From Eledone cirrhosa (Eukaryota): a DNA stretch of 64,000 bases. A program made the translations under genes and the position numbers. Numbering within the stretch: position 1 is the first letter of the stretch; the number at the start of each line of letters is the position of its first letter. Where the stretch lies: contig OZ024742.1 in the NCBI GenBank assembly GCA_964016885.1, positions 278,876,001-278,940,000 on the forward strand, in the 5' to 3' direction. Below, piece by piece: positions 15,665 through 30,057 of the stretch. A model generated the notes under the pieces. The model searched no databases. It was given only the letters and a program-made list of their open reading frames with translations, and was not told where the DNA came from.

Positions 15665-16268
15665 GATATGATACATCAAATAAAGTCGTAATTGACAATA
15701 TATAATACATAGAAATTGAACGAAGACTGCGTTACACTGACTTATGTAATCAGTAACGTAATCAGTGATACATTAAAACAGACGATATTATATATAAACT
15801 GCATTAGGAGAAAATTAGTCCCAGAATATTAATATGTTTATTTAAGCGATCGCCACCGGAAGTGTTGACATTTCAGAAATTTTAAAAGAAGTGAATCTTT
15901 AAATAAACAAAATATATTTAATCAACAGCCACGAAATTTAGTAGATAAATTATGTAATATTCATTCGTTATTTATTCAAAGTAAAAGGGCGGTGGAGGGG
16001 CAGTATCGGTAGAGCGTTGGACGCTATGCTTTGCAGCAAAGAGTTACGGCCCTTTATGGTCAGAGTTCAAATCCCGCCTAGGTTAACTTTGCTTTCATCC
16101 TTACAGGGTCGATAAAATAAAGTACCAGTAATGTACTAGGTATTTACTGGCTTTGTGTCAAAAGTAGAAACAATTATTTATTCAAAGTAATCCAACTTAT
16201 TTTACTAATGGGATAAAAAATTATAAACCGTACGCAGTCCCGCGCTCCTCCCTTTATTATAGTTTAGA
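15557..16268 (-). mobile_element. Non-autonomous Helitron
   Basis: Minus strand A|TCTAAACTATAATAAAG ... GAAAACCACCC-GAA-GGGTAGTTTT hairpin-TCTGCTAG|T: canonical 5'-TC, 3' hairpin plus CTAG, A/T insertion site. Confidence 0.7.
15987..16173 (+). mobile_element. tRNA-derived SINE (Nin/Deu-like core) with 17-bp TSD, nested in the Helitron
   Basis: A-box-like ggcagtatcggtag, B-box gagttcaaatccc, core ctttcatccttacagggtcgataaaataaagtaccagt; TSD ttatttattcaaagtaa at 15968-15984 and 16174-16190. Confidence 0.85.
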
Positions 16269-16699
16269 TGTCCATTCTAAAGAGCACAGCATGTAAGCAT
16301 CTATGAAAATAAAACACACAACCTTCTGATTATGAGCCTAACAGGTTCCACAATCGGCTGCGTGCCTTTTCGCTTGCGCTGTTTCGAACATGGGATAATC
16401 ATGTGGGGTATCTAACAATTTTCTTTTATTTTTTATAGTATAAAATATAATTTTAGTGGTGAGTCAACTATGTTGAAAACTACTGTCGAGTTATAGAGTG
16501 CTGATATTCAATATATGTATGTATTGACTCATAACCATTATCCTAGGCTCGCCGTATTTTCATACTACGTTTCTTGGGCATTTTTTAAAGCCTAGGGGAG
16601 CCGATGACTGTTCAGGGTTGTGTACAATAGATTTCTTCCAGAGAAAGATAGAAAGAGGGTGAAAGAGGAAATGAGAAAGATATATAGAGGAAGAATCGA

Positions 16700-16840
16700 C
16701 CCCATTACTAGACTGGTACATTTGTTATCGACCTTGAAAGGATGAAAGGCAAAGTTGACCTCGGCGGGATTTGAACTCAGCGAGCAGGGAGCCGGAACGA
16801 ATATCGCAAAGCATTCTATCCGACGTTCTAACAACTCTAA
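16700..16840 (-). mobile_element. tRNA-derived SINE
   Basis: Reverse complement of B-box and core (ggatgaaaggcaaagttgacctcggcgggatttgaactcag). Confidence 0.8.
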
Positions 16841-16924
16841 TATTGGATACATACAAATTAGATTGTCTTTATTCACTTGAATAGGCATTTCTCAATATAT
16901 AGACAAAATTGAAATATATATATA

Positions 16925-17629
16925 TTAATAAAAGGAATTCCAACTTCGTCTGATTTACTCGTTTTATTTATAATCCTTTAAAATGTATAATGATATTAGA
17001 ATGAAATAGTATGGTAGAATATTAAATGTTAAGTGTTAATTGAACAAGTACTTTCAGGCTTTCGCAATCTCCAGGTTCAGATTCTGGGGTGACAGTCAAG
17101 TTTGCAATTCTCAACTGTAATGAGATGGGTACATTTTGTGCGTTATATACAGTGATAAGCGGCTACAGGATACTAAATTTTGCAAACTGTATTTCGACCA
17201 ATCGGTGTGTAGTTTTACTGGTTGAGTATGTCTAACGACTACTGTGTAGTCGTTAGACATGCTCAACCAACCGTGACGCCTAAACCAATCAGCTTTAGTA
17301 ATCCAGGGAAACTACACACCGATTGGTCGAAATACAGTTTGCAGAATCTAGCATTCTGTAGCCGCTTTTCACTGTGTATAACGCACAAAATTTACCCAAC
17401 TCATTGAAGTTGAAAATTGCAAACTTTACTGTCACCACAGAATAAAAACCTGAAGATTGCGAAAGCATGAAAGTACTTGTTCAATTAACACTTCACATTT
17501 AATATTCTACCATACTATTTCATTCTAATACCATTATAATTTTAAAGGATTGTAAATAAAATGAGTAAATCAGACAAAGTAGGAATTCCTTTTATTAATA
17601 TAATCTTCCATACACAATCATACACACCC

Positions 17630-17631
<2 letters not shown>
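16925..17631. mobile_element. Fold-back element, family B, copy 1
   Basis: About 290-bp inverted arms; central 22-bp hairpin gttgagtatgtctaacgactac/gtagtcgttagacatgctcaac; (TA)n flanks. Confidence 0.8.
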
Positions 17632-17725
<94 letters not shown>

Positions 17726-18035
17726 ACATATGTATGTATGTACATATACCAATATACTTAAATTTATATTAATACACAGATATAATCAAAGGACATAATC
17801 AACATCTGATTTATTGCAGGTTCACTCCATATTTTTCATATTTATTTACACTATCTACATAATTATCTCCAAAACCAAATGTAGCGAGCAAACAACAATC
17901 ACATACACTCTCATGTACTCACATACACACATATGCATTCAAAACCATGAATTATATACTTATCTCCACTGACATGAACACACACACACGCACAAACATG
18001 TATATATAAAAATATAAATATAATAATATTTATAT

Positions 18036-18120
18036 ATATCGGGTCGTCAAGTACGAAATTTGTAGATATTTCTAGAAGGAGAAGATATTTCTACAAATTT
18101 CATACTTGACGACACAATAT
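18036..18120. mobile_element. Small hairpin (MITE-like) in TA context
   Basis: gtcgtcaagtacgaaatttgtaga ... tctacaaatttcatacttgacgac inverted arms. Confidence 0.55.
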
Positions 18121-18121
18121 A

Positions 18122-18167
<46 letters not shown>

Positions 18168-18456
18168 ACGCACACACTCGTAAACGACCACCATCCATCC
18201 ACCCACATATAAATAAACAAATATATATATGTGTGTACGCTTATATTTCATACTTATTTATATATTCATATGTTAATATTTATATATTTATATATATCTA
18301 TAAATATGGACGTATTTATCTGTATATGCAATCACATAACACACACAGACACAGCATACTCTCATGCATTTATAGACACACCCATATACACTAGCACACA
18401 AACACACACACACATATATATAAGTGTATATTTATATCCATATCTATATATATATA

Positions 18457-18568
18457 GGAACAATTATGACCCCGACGGCAGAGCTCAAGCAGTTTCGACG
18501 GCTATTTCTGGTATTGAGTACTCTAGTGCGTTATGGTCTATCTGGTTCCTTACCACATCTCCTTCGTT
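18457..18568 (+). mobile_element. Family A element, copy 3 (right arm deleted)
   Basis: Left arm joined directly to the gtattgagtac... tail. Confidence 0.75.
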
Positions 18569-18592
18569 ATATATATCTATATATATATATAT

Positions 18593-19014
18593 ATTAATAA
18601 ATGGAATTCCAACTGTCTGATTTACTCGTTTTAATTACAATCCTTTAAAATTTATAACGGTATTAGAATGAAATAGTATGGTAGAATATTAAATGCTGAG
18701 TGTTAATTGAACAAGTACTTTCATGCTTTCTTAATCATCAGGTGCATATTCTGTGGTGACAGCCAAGTTTGCAATTTTCAAGTGACAGTTGAAACTTGCA
18801 CCACATTGACTGTCACCATAGAATATGAAACTGAATATTGCGAAAGCATGAAAGTACTTGTTCAATTAACACTTAACATTTAATATTCTACCATACTATT
18901 TCATTCTAATACCGTTATAAATTTGAAAGGATTGTAAATAAAACGAGTAAATCAGACAAAGTTTGAATTCCTTTTATTAATATAATCTTCTATACACAAT
19001 CACACACACCCGTG
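18593..19014. mobile_element. Fold-back element, family B, copy 2
   Basis: Same outer ends as 16925-17631 but shorter arms (axis near 18790). Confidence 0.8.
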
Positions 19015-19073
19015 TATATTTATTTATATATCTATATCTCTCTCCATATATATACATATATACATATACATAC

Positions 19074-19202
<129 letters not shown>

Positions 19203-20504
19203 GAGAAGAAAGAAGAATACTGCGTGGTTGCACATGGGTTACACATGATAAAATTAGTCCTTCTACACACACATATATATATATATATATGCAAGAGAAT
19301 AATAAATATTTCTGCCAGTATGATGTGTATGTTATATGGTTTCTGATTTAAGCACAAGGCCAGCAATTAAAGGGCTAATGTAATATATTGAGATCAGTAC
19401 TTGAATGGTCTTATCATTTATCGACCCTGAAACGATAATATTGAATTTTGACTCAGGTAAGAATATATATCAAACCAAACTTCAAGGAACATAACTGTAA
19501 AATGAGTTCAATAAGCGGTGCCTTAATAAGAATTATAGTGATTTCTTTCTTGGTCGCATATAATTCGAAATTTGTAACATAAAACGATTGCAAATTATGT
19601 CACTTCGTCACTTACACAATGGTTTAAATCTTTTACAAACAACTTACACTGCAAGACATTCCCTTCATCATCTACTGAGTAGATATCACAATGATTTTAG
19701 TAACGGCTGACATTACTGCTCCCTTCAGCTGTTTTGAGTAGTATTGATATTGCCGGGAAAACAGCTTTTTGTTTTGTTTTCATCAGCTTAGTGTAGAAGA
19801 TTTTTACTAGTGCTATTCATGCGGCCATCACATCAAACAGGTTCCAACCTGCAGCATCTCCCCGAGATTGCTTTATGCGGTTTCAGTTTTCTTCTCAGTT
19901 CATTGGGCTGCTCAATCCGTCCACAAATCTCTCTCTGTGAGATAGATTTCATCTTCAATTGAGGTAAATGTGGTAAACGTGTTTATTTTTCTAGAAGTCG
20001 ATCTTTTTCAGTTGATCTATAGATATGTATCTAGGGATGCCTCATGCCATCATTCGCTCTTGGACAATATATTTTTTTTATCTCGATAAAACGCAGTTGA
20101 GTGCTGTCGAAAGCTATTAATTTACTGAATAATGTGCAATTCTTCCTGGAAATCACATTACTGACCGTTAACGACTTCCTTTGTTGTTATGCACAGTCGT
20201 ACGTTTTTGCATTATAGATCTTCATCTTTCTGAATTCCTAGTGGAAAACAAAACACCTTACAATTATATGCGATATGCATAGTGTCGTTAAATACATTGT
20301 TACACTCGGAAACAATATATTACAGAATAAAGGCTATATATATATATATACACAGACAGTTTAATGGTTTGTAACTTTACATTCGGTTCACCAACTTGAG
20401 CACTTGATGTATAGTTGATTCCTTTTTAATATAGTGTGTCGTGGTACATTTGGTGTTATGCTATAGTCAGAACAAGGTGTCTAAGTATCATAATTAAATC
20501 TATT

Positions 20505-20765
20505 CAAGGGTGACGTTTTGCCTTTTATCTTTACGGGGTCAATAAAATAAAGTACCAGTAATACACTGGGTATTTGCTGGCCTTGTCCCAAAAGTAGAAA
20601 CAATTATTATAATTATGCAGTATAGGTAGAGGGTCGGACGCCATACTTTACAGCAAAGAGTTATGGATCTTTATGGTCTGAGTTCAAATCCCGCCGAGGT
20701 TAAATTTGCCTTTCATCCATACGGGGTCGATAAAATAAAGTGCCAAAAGTAGAAACAATTATTAT
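20505..20765 (+). mobile_element. Two adjacent SINE copies
   Basis: Core and 3' tail (aaagtagaaacaattattat) occur twice; the second has B-box gagttcaaatccc. Confidence 0.8.
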
Positions 20766-20771
20766 TATTAT

Positions 20772-21330
20772 TGTGGATTTATGTCGAACAGCTTTGTCGC
20801 GTGTAGAACGCATCCGGCTATCGACCGAATCTATAGTGAGGTTCGACCCGCCGCTTTCCTTTAGCCAGGAAGAGCAGTCAATATTCCTCTGTTTGGTGGC
20901 AGTTGCGAAAAAGTTTATATGGTGGACCAGATTGAAAGAACTGAAGACAGACACTTTTCTCTTCGGCCAATCCCTCATCAACTTTTCAAGTTTCACCTGG
21001 AAAGGAAGGTGAGAGTGGAGAGAAAAGTGCGGCCCGCAGTACATTTGCTAAGAGGAGAGGAGTGCTTTCCCCGGGTGCCCTAGAAGCGCAGTGTGGTTCA
21101 GGATTGGTGAGGTACCTGAGTCACACCTGGGTCCTCCCCCTCCTAGATGGGAATTTATTTTGCTATATTTATGCATAGTTTATTTTATATTTTTTATATC
21201 TTCATTGTTAAATTACTCTTGCCATTGTGCACTTTTACTCGAGCATATTGTAAACCCCACTGTCCCTGTCTTTGTATTGTCCCCTACATGTCGGCCCTTT
21301 TGGCCAATAAATGAAATCATTATTATTATT
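20772..21330 (+). mobile_element. Tx1/L1-like LINE 3' end
   Basis: ORF 20740-21012 LSRVERIRLSTESIVR...FLCLVAVAKKFIWWTRLK...SLINF, then a T-rich UTR and aataaa/(ATT)n tail. Confidence 0.6.
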
Positions 21331-21975
21331 ATTATTTTATTATATATTTGAGACACATAAATACTGGGGAGAGAGTGATGGAGTGAGGTGGAAACCAATA
21401 GAAAACTATATATATACACTGACATTTACGGTGTTTTGAAAAAATTTAGAATATCAAAGAATCACATATAAACACATTCCCCACCACATACCCACATACA
21501 CACATAAAACACACACATTGGTTCCTGCATAGGGGAACATATACACATATATTCACATTAGTGTCTCACGCACACAAACACTTCAGCTCTCCAAGCAATC
21601 ACATAGAGCCATATAGAGCTGCATATAAGCAGTAAGGGTCGCGTTACAAACAGCTTTAATCACACGTATAGACATAATTTGTTCATATGCAGAGAGAATA
21701 TAACACAGTTATACACACACTATCAGACACTCCCGCTATCATTCTAAAAGCAAATGGTTATTTCGTGTAAAACCTTCCAGTTTTATCTAATGACGTATCT
21801 TAATTGCTTATGACCCAATCAACAAGTCAAGCAATCAGTAAGATCGCCTGATAGTAACAAAGGAGCCAATGGAAAGAATAACTCTTGTCAACGGTGAAAT
21901 ATTATTGGAGCTACGACATAAATAAACTGGCCACATATCAATATAGATAGATGCAGACACACACACACACACGCA

Positions 21976-22089
<114 letters not shown>

Positions 22090-22421
22090 TGCATGTGTGT
22101 AGACATATGATTGCTCATCACTCTTTTATGATCTTTCAACATACATACACATATTTATTACACATATTTATATGTATATTAATACGTGTGTTTGTGTGTA
22201 CATATATGAATTATTTTACACCATTACATTTTTACGACGATTATATTATGGTGCTTTTCAAAGTCATTATCATCTTCATTATCACCATAATTATCTTAAA
22301 TATCTCTTTTTTCCACCAAACTTCACCTAAACATATACACAGGCACACCCACACCCAAAGACACGCACGCACACATAAACACACACAAAGTCATTCAGAC
22401 ATGTATATATATATATATATA

Positions 22422-22794
<373 letters not shown>

Positions 22795-22838
22795 TATAAA
22801 AAGGAATAATAGATACAATATACCCATTTTTTCTGATG

Positions 22839-22929
22839 TCCCGACTGTACAGTTTCGCTGGTCACTATGCAAGAATGTTATATCATAGATATGTAACATT
22901 GTTGTGAGGTAAGAAAGCTTATCAAGGGA
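22839..22929 (-). ncRNA. Degenerate type-I hammerhead with enlarged helix II
   Basis: Minus strand: tccc-TTGATAA-gct[~56 nt]agc-GAAA-ctgtacag-TC-ggga. Confidence 0.55.
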
Positions 22930-23146
22930 GCACCTCAGGGAAGAGCCCTAACTACATACGTCCGTAGAATGCGAGAAAATCTCAGAAAGGCGGAGGGAGA
23001 CTCTATCACGTGATACACCAGTAACACTGGTTAAGGTCGACAACATACAATCTCACATACTTGTGAAAAAAAAAAAATGTTTATATATACATGTATATGT
23101 ATGTATACACATATATTTGTATACCTCTCATTATTGTATATATAAT

Positions 23147-23333
23147 GGGCGGTGGATTGGCAGTATCGGTAGAGGGTCGGACGCCATGCTTTGACGCATA
23201 GAGTTACGGCCCTTGCCATTCTGAGTTCAAATCCCGCCGAGGTTAACTTTGCCTTTCATCCTTACGGGGTCGATAAAATAAAGTACCAGTAATACACTGG
23301 GTAATTTCTGGCCTTGTGCCAAACGTAGAAACA
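23147..23333 (+). mobile_element. Full-length tRNA-derived SINE with TSD attattgtatatata
   Basis: A-box tggcagtatcggtag, B-box gagttcaaatccc, core; TSD 23130-23144 and 23334-23348. Confidence 0.88.
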
Positions 23334-23633
23334 ATTATTGTATATATATATATATATATATTATTGCATATATATTATTGCATATATATATTATTATTTT
23401 CATATATATATATATATATATATATTTATTAAAATAACAGATTAAAGTTTAAGCAAAGAATCGCTGCTTTCACCCTTATCGAGCCCTCTTTGTATTTTAG
23501 TCTTCAATTTTATTATTATTACTATATATATATATATATATATATATATGTAATAATAATAATACATATATGCATATATATATATATATACATATGCATA
23601 ATATATGTATATATATATATATATATATATTTA

Positions 23634-23735
<102 letters not shown>

Positions 23736-24195
23736 TATGTAAGTATACACTTGCACAGAAACTAATACAATCGTACACACAAATACATATATATGAGTAG
23801 TTATGTTATTGCAATGACACTAATTGTGGTTATGTGTGTATATGTATATACGTGTGTATATGTATATATACATACCGGGATAATACGGATAGCGGAGACT
23901 GATGAAGGTGAGTGACAGTCGTAAACCAAAACAGGACAATTTGTAGAACTTAGCCATATATTAAAATACAAGATGTATTCAATGGCTGACTGAATACACA
24001 CGTATTTTTTTCAAAAATATTTTTTCTCGTCACTGTCTATTTTACTATTTCATCTCTTATTTCTCATTCTATTTACTAATAAAGGAATATGGTCCGAAAC
24101 GAAAAAACGCTTTTCCTACTATATCAAACATTACAGTATTATATTTCTTCATTAAAACTGTGTTGTATGCTCTGCTATTTCAGTTTACGTTTTGC

Positions 24196-24237
<42 letters not shown>

Positions 24238-24241
<4 letters not shown>

Positions 24242-25710
24242 AAAACGTGATGCGGGGTTGCTAATGGGTTACATATGAATAAAGTTAGTCCTTCATAAGT
24301 GATCTTCCAACCATCATTGGTATTTCATCGCTTTAAAGACCATATACCTCCGGTTGGTGCGAGCAACGGCTAAAAAAAGTCGTTGGGACACGTAAATAAA
24401 GGGGACACGAGTGTAAACAAACAAAAATGGTGAAGCAACGAAAAATGAGGAAGAAGGAGTCAAGTCCCAAATTTCTATGAATTTAAATTCGGTGAAATCG
24501 TGAACGAGAGAGAATAAAGACCATCAAACCTGGTTGGAATGTAAGCAAGGAAGGAATTCCGTACAGGTCTAACGGGAGGAAGAAGGGATCTAGTCTGTGA
24601 TTTCGGTGAACGTAAGTTCTGTGAAATTGTAGACGACAGAGAGAAAAAAAGCGACCTGCCAGGCCAAAGGTGCGAAAGAAAAGAATAACGCACAGGTCAA
24701 ACGGGAAGAAGGAGGAGGAGGAGAGGTAGTAACAGAGAATTAGTGAGTGAAGGGTGAGGAAGAGGCTAACAGAGAGAGTGAATGCTAGAGAGGGTAAAGA
24801 TACAGAGAAAGAGGAAGCAGTAAGAACGAAATAGACGTGTAACAGCGGGGACAAAAATATGTGTAAATATGAGAAAAACGTGCTGCGGGGTTGCGAATGG
24901 GTTACATATGAATAAATTAGTCCTTCATCAGTCATCTTCCAACCATCATTGGTATTTCATCGCTTTAAATACCATATACCTCCGGTTGGTGCGAGCAACG
25001 GCAACCGGAGGTATATGGTCTTTAAAGCGATGAAATACCAATGGTGGTTGGAAGATCACTGATGAAGGACTAATTTATTCATATGGAACCCATTAGCAAC
25101 CCCGCAGCACGTTTTTCTCATATTTACACATATTTTTTTTCCCGCAGTTACACGTCTATTTCGTTCTTACTGCTTCCTCTTTCTCTGTATCTTTACCCTC
25201 TCTAGCAGTCACTCTCTCTGTTAGCCTCTTCCTCACCCTTCACTCACTCATTCTCTGTTACTACCTCTCCTCCTCCTCCTTCTTCCCGTTTGACCTGTGC
25301 GTAATTCTTTTCTTTCGCACCCTTGGTCTGGCAGGTCGCTTTTTTTCTCTCTCTCGGCTACGATTTCACAGAACTTACGTTCACCGAAATCACAGACTAG
25401 ATCCCTTCTTCCTCCCGTTAGACCTGTACGGAATTCCTTCCTTGCTTACATTCCAACCATGTTTGATGGTCTTTATCCTCTCTCGTTCACGATTTCACCG
25501 AATTTAAATTCATAGAAATTTGGGACTTGACTACTTCTTCCTCACTTTTCGTTGCTTCACCATTTTTGTTTCTTTACACTCGTGTCCCTTTTATTTACGT
25601 GTCCCAACGACCTTTTTTAGCCGTTGCTCGCACCAACCGGAGGTATATGGTCTTTAAAGCGATGAAATACAAATGATGGTTGAAAGATCACTGATGAAGG
25701 ACTAACTTTA

Positions 25711-25715
<5 letters not shown>
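24238..25715. mobile_element. Non-autonomous partial-tandem plus inverted element (about 633-bp monomer), family C
   Basis: 24238-24370 repeats directly at 24871-25001; 25002-25715 is the reverse complement with its own terminal redundancy (25002 and 25634); (TA)n both sides. Confidence 0.85.
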
Positions 25716-25750
<35 letters not shown>

Positions 25751-26479
25751 AGTTCTCTACATGATGGGGGCATGTGTGTGCGTATATATCCGTGTATATG
25801 TGTATGGGCATATACTATATATATATATAAATAAAAATGAGGCACACCAGACAGACACGAGGAAATAAAACAATGGAAAAACGAAGTCCCTTTTCTTCAG
25901 TCAACGTCTGGAAATCACTACACATTCAGTTTAACATGGTTGATACTATTCATTCCAGTGCATATTGAGACAAAAAAAAAGAGACATAAGATAAGCTGTG
26001 CCTCTCGGCGAACTATTGAAAGAAATGTAAAACAATGGTGCAACCCAATGTGATTCTGCTGAAATACAGACACACTGATATATAATCTATTTTCGGCGCG
26101 AGGCCCGCAATTATTAGGAGGTGTCAATTATATTGATCAGCGTAATTGACTGGTATTTTATATATATTTGTCCAGAAAGATGAAATACTGAGTTGAACCG
26201 GGTTGGTATTGAAGTCAGAACGTAAAAAGCCGGAATAAGTACATTTCATGTGGTTCTTACAATACGCCTCCCCCACCTAACCATAATAATTATTTCTAAC
26301 ATTGGCATAATGCGAACAATTTGGGATTAGGTGTAAGTCGATTGTGTCGACCTCAGTACTTAACTGGTACTTTATTTCATCGATCACTGAATGATGAAAG
26401 AAATATGATACATAACTTTGACAGGATGTGAACTCCGTACCTAGAGAATCGTGTCTAAATGCCCTAATAATTTTTTTCT

Positions 26480-26655
26480 TCTTTTGGCACAAGGCCAGCA
26501 ATTATCCCAGTGCATTACTGGTGCTTTATTTTATCGATCCCGTAAGGATGAAAGGCAAAGTTAACCTCGGCGGGATTTGAACTCAAACTGTAAAGGGACG
26601 TAACTATGCTAGAAAGCATGGCGTCCAACCCTCTACCGATACTGCCAATTCACCG
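26480..26655 (-). mobile_element. tRNA-derived SINE (older copies adjacent at 26085-26470)
   Basis: Reverse complement of the same head and core. Confidence 0.82.
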
Positions 26656-26756
26656 CATGAATACAATAATAATGATAATTATGATGATCGTAGTTTTGAT
26701 GCTGGTGGTGATGATGGTAGTGGTTATGTTGGATTTGATAGTGGTGTTGGCGTTCT

Positions 26757-26882
26757 GAAGAAGAAGAAGAAGAAGAAGAAGAAGAAGAAGAAGAAGAAGA
26801 AGAAGAAGAAGAAGAAGAAGAAGAAGAAGAAGAAGAAGAAGAAGAAGAAGACGACGATGATGATGATGATGATGATGATGAC

Positions 26883-26940
<58 letters not shown>
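26757..26940. repeat. (AAG)n-(GAT)n microsatellite
   Basis: Directly visible. Confidence 0.95.
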
Positions 26941-29321
26941 GGATATGATTATGAGGTAAATACTCCAACTGCGCAGGATATCTCCAGGAGATGATAAGAG
27001 CGAAATGAAGCTTGACGTGTAAAATAATAGTAAATAAAAATAATAGTAAAGAGTAATAAAACTACAGTCTGTCACATACTATCTTGATATACATTCGTCT
27101 CTTATTTTTCTTCTATCTCTTGCAAACTTATTTGATGGAGAAAGGAGCCTACAAAACACAATATTTTCCATAAAACACATAATGTTACGTATCGTTTTCT
27201 TGTTGTTTTATATATTTGTAATTTAAACAGTGTGATTGATAGTGTTGGTAATGTTAATTGGACACAGCGAGTTTTGAGTAGTTAAGAAGTTAACTTTGGT
27301 ATCATGCAGTCTTGGTTTTGATCCATTGTGTGGCATCTTGAGCAATTGCTTTTACTAGAATTATTTTCAACAAGCTGGCGCCTATGTGTATATGTGTGTG
27401 CGTGTGTATGTGCGTATACATACATTTATATGTATGAGTATATGAATATGAAGGTGCAAAATCAGACACACTTACAAAAAGACACACTCACAGACATAAA
27501 TTCAAACAAATGCACATATATTCACATACTCACGCGCGTGCGTACACACACACACATATACATCCACACTCAACGTAGCAAATAAAACGCCACCCGCTAT
27601 TTTGCTATATTTTTACAACATCCCCTTCCTTACTTTTACACACACATACATTCACACAAACACATACAGACACACACACACACAATTAGTGCTCAAATTT
27701 ATATATAGATGGCATAGAGTCAGTTCGATCCAAGATATTTGAGGGAAACCGGGTTGGCGTGGAGTTTGTTGAAAGCTGTTGAGTGAATTGTATCAGAAAT
27801 CCCCAAACTTATCCTAGTCAAATACTCTGTTACGCTAATTTATCTTGAGTATTACAACAACAAAAATACAACAATTCTTCTCCAGGTTAATATAGAAGGC
27901 ATATTTTACATTATAGCGAAGTATAATGATCCTGAAATATTCATGAAGCTTATATCATTTAGCTTTATTTTCACTGATAGTAATATTTAAATATTTGGAA
28001 GCTAAATTTATTTACTCTCTAGAAAATAATCCATTCTTGCCCAAGCTTATTCTGAACATAATGATGTCCATTATAACATACATGAAGGCTTCAAAGTCTT
28101 ATTCTTAATTATATAAATCTTCAGAAATTATAAATAGCAGGAGCCATCGTTTGAGCAGACCAAGTAGAATATGTTTCCACTGGTTTTTCCATTGTCAATG
28201 CTATCTGTCGTCAAAACATCAGTCTGAAGCACCACCGCTTTTCCAGGTCGAGATCTGAACTTAGAACGCATTGAGCCATAGCAAATACCATAACGGGACG
28301 CTTTAACAATTCCACCATGAGACTGCTACATTATTTATCGATGCTAAAAGGAAGGAAGAATTTAGAAAACTAGACTAAAAACGATTAAAGAAATATAAAA
28401 CCTCATACTCTAGTTCCTATCAACACGTTTAAATTTCACATTTCCCAGATTAAATTTCGTTTCGGGGTTTCACTTTTTCCTATCACCAACCCAGTTGGTA
28501 AAAATTATTTCTTGTAAGATAATAGATCAAGTTTGATAATCTAATAAGTGATGACAGACAGGCGGAGCTTGAAAACAGAGTCAAGATGGTGAATACGTGG
28601 AAATGAGAAAAATTTTAACGAAGTCCATGTTAGTGACGTTTCTAGACATATGGCATTGTTTATTGCAGAAAAAACGAATTGGAGTACTTTCACATCATGT
28701 CACTGATGTATGTATGTATGTATGCATGTTTGTATGTAGTGTGTATGTATGTGTGTATTTATGTATGTATATATGTACGTATAATATGTATGTAGGAATG
28801 TATGTATGTGTGAATGAATGTATGTATATAAGTATATGCGTGTGTATGTATACATAATCACACACATGACCGGCATGTATACATATATATATTGGTTAGG
28901 TTATAGAAATAATTAGAATAGTCAGTCACATACTGACACACACACATATACACACGTGCGTGCACACACACACATACACTCAAACGCATATATATATATA
29001 TAATTAGAGATTGATGGCAAAGATTACACATCACTTTAAATTGTTAACACAATGTCTCCATCAAGAGGTCGAAAGTAATCTATATATTCATGGAATTTAG
29101 TTCTCACCTCGAGTTTCAGACAAATAAGAGTAATCCAGAAACAAAAGAATGAATAACAATGGAACTCATTAATCACAACTTTAGAAAAGTGGTCAGATTC
29201 GCGAATAAATAGGACACACCGTTAACAATACAAATTTGTATAAGAAGGGATGAAAGCCGAAAGTCCTCAAAACTTGTTGACCGATGTCAGACAAATCTAC
29301 GACACGACAGGAATAACAAAA

Positions 29322-29484
29322 ATAATTGTTTCTACTTTTGGCACAAGGCCAGCAAGTTTCCCAGTGTATTACTGGTACTTTATTTTATCGACCCCGTAAG
29401 GATAAAAGGCAAAGCTAACCTCGGCGGGATTTGAACTCAGACCATAAAGGGCCGTAACTCTTTGCTGTAAATAATGGTGTCCGA
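29322..29484 (-). mobile_element. tRNA-derived SINE
   Basis: Reverse complement of the same family. Confidence 0.82.
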
Positions 29485-29875
29485 ATATAAATAATAACTG
29501 TGACGACGATGGCGATAATGATGGTGACTTTGATTTTTTTTCATTTGGTTTATTTTTTTACTGATTATATATCTTTCGTAAGACATAGACCTTCCTGGAA
29601 AGATTAAATCTTTTACTTCCCGTTCTCATAAATAATTTCTCCGAAATATTTACTGAATATTTTATCGAATATTTTACTAATTTTGGCTCAAGTCCAACAA
29701 TTCCACAGCAAATGAGAAAGTCGGTTAATTTGACCCTATTATTGGACTGTTACTCTATTTTTATCGACTTCATAAGAAGGAAACCTATAGTTTAAATCGA
29801 AGTGATTTCAACACAGAACGTAAAGAGACTGAAAAAATATTGTAATGCATTTTATCTGCAAAGCATTTTGTCATT

Positions 29876-30057
29876 GCAGTATCGGTAGGGGATCGAACGC
29901 TATGTTTTGCAGCATAGAGTTACGGCCCTTTACGGTCTGATTTGAAATTCCTCCGAGGTTAACTTTGCCTTCATCCTTACGGGGTTGATAAAATAAAGTA
30001 CCTGTAATGCACTGAGATAATTGCTGGACTTGTGCCAAAGGTAGAAATAGTTATTAT
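29876..30057 (+). mobile_element. tRNA-derived SINE
   Basis: gcagtatcggtag...ttaactttgccttcatccttacggggttgataaaataaagtacc. Confidence 0.8.

Noticed and set aside
23894-23950. CTGATGA-aggt...acc-AAAA hammerhead candidate
   Set aside because: GAAA absent and helices I and III unconvincing.
25060-25070. TGATGA motifs as C/D snoRNA C boxes
   Set aside because: No properly placed D box or terminal stem; all lie in mobile-repeat context.
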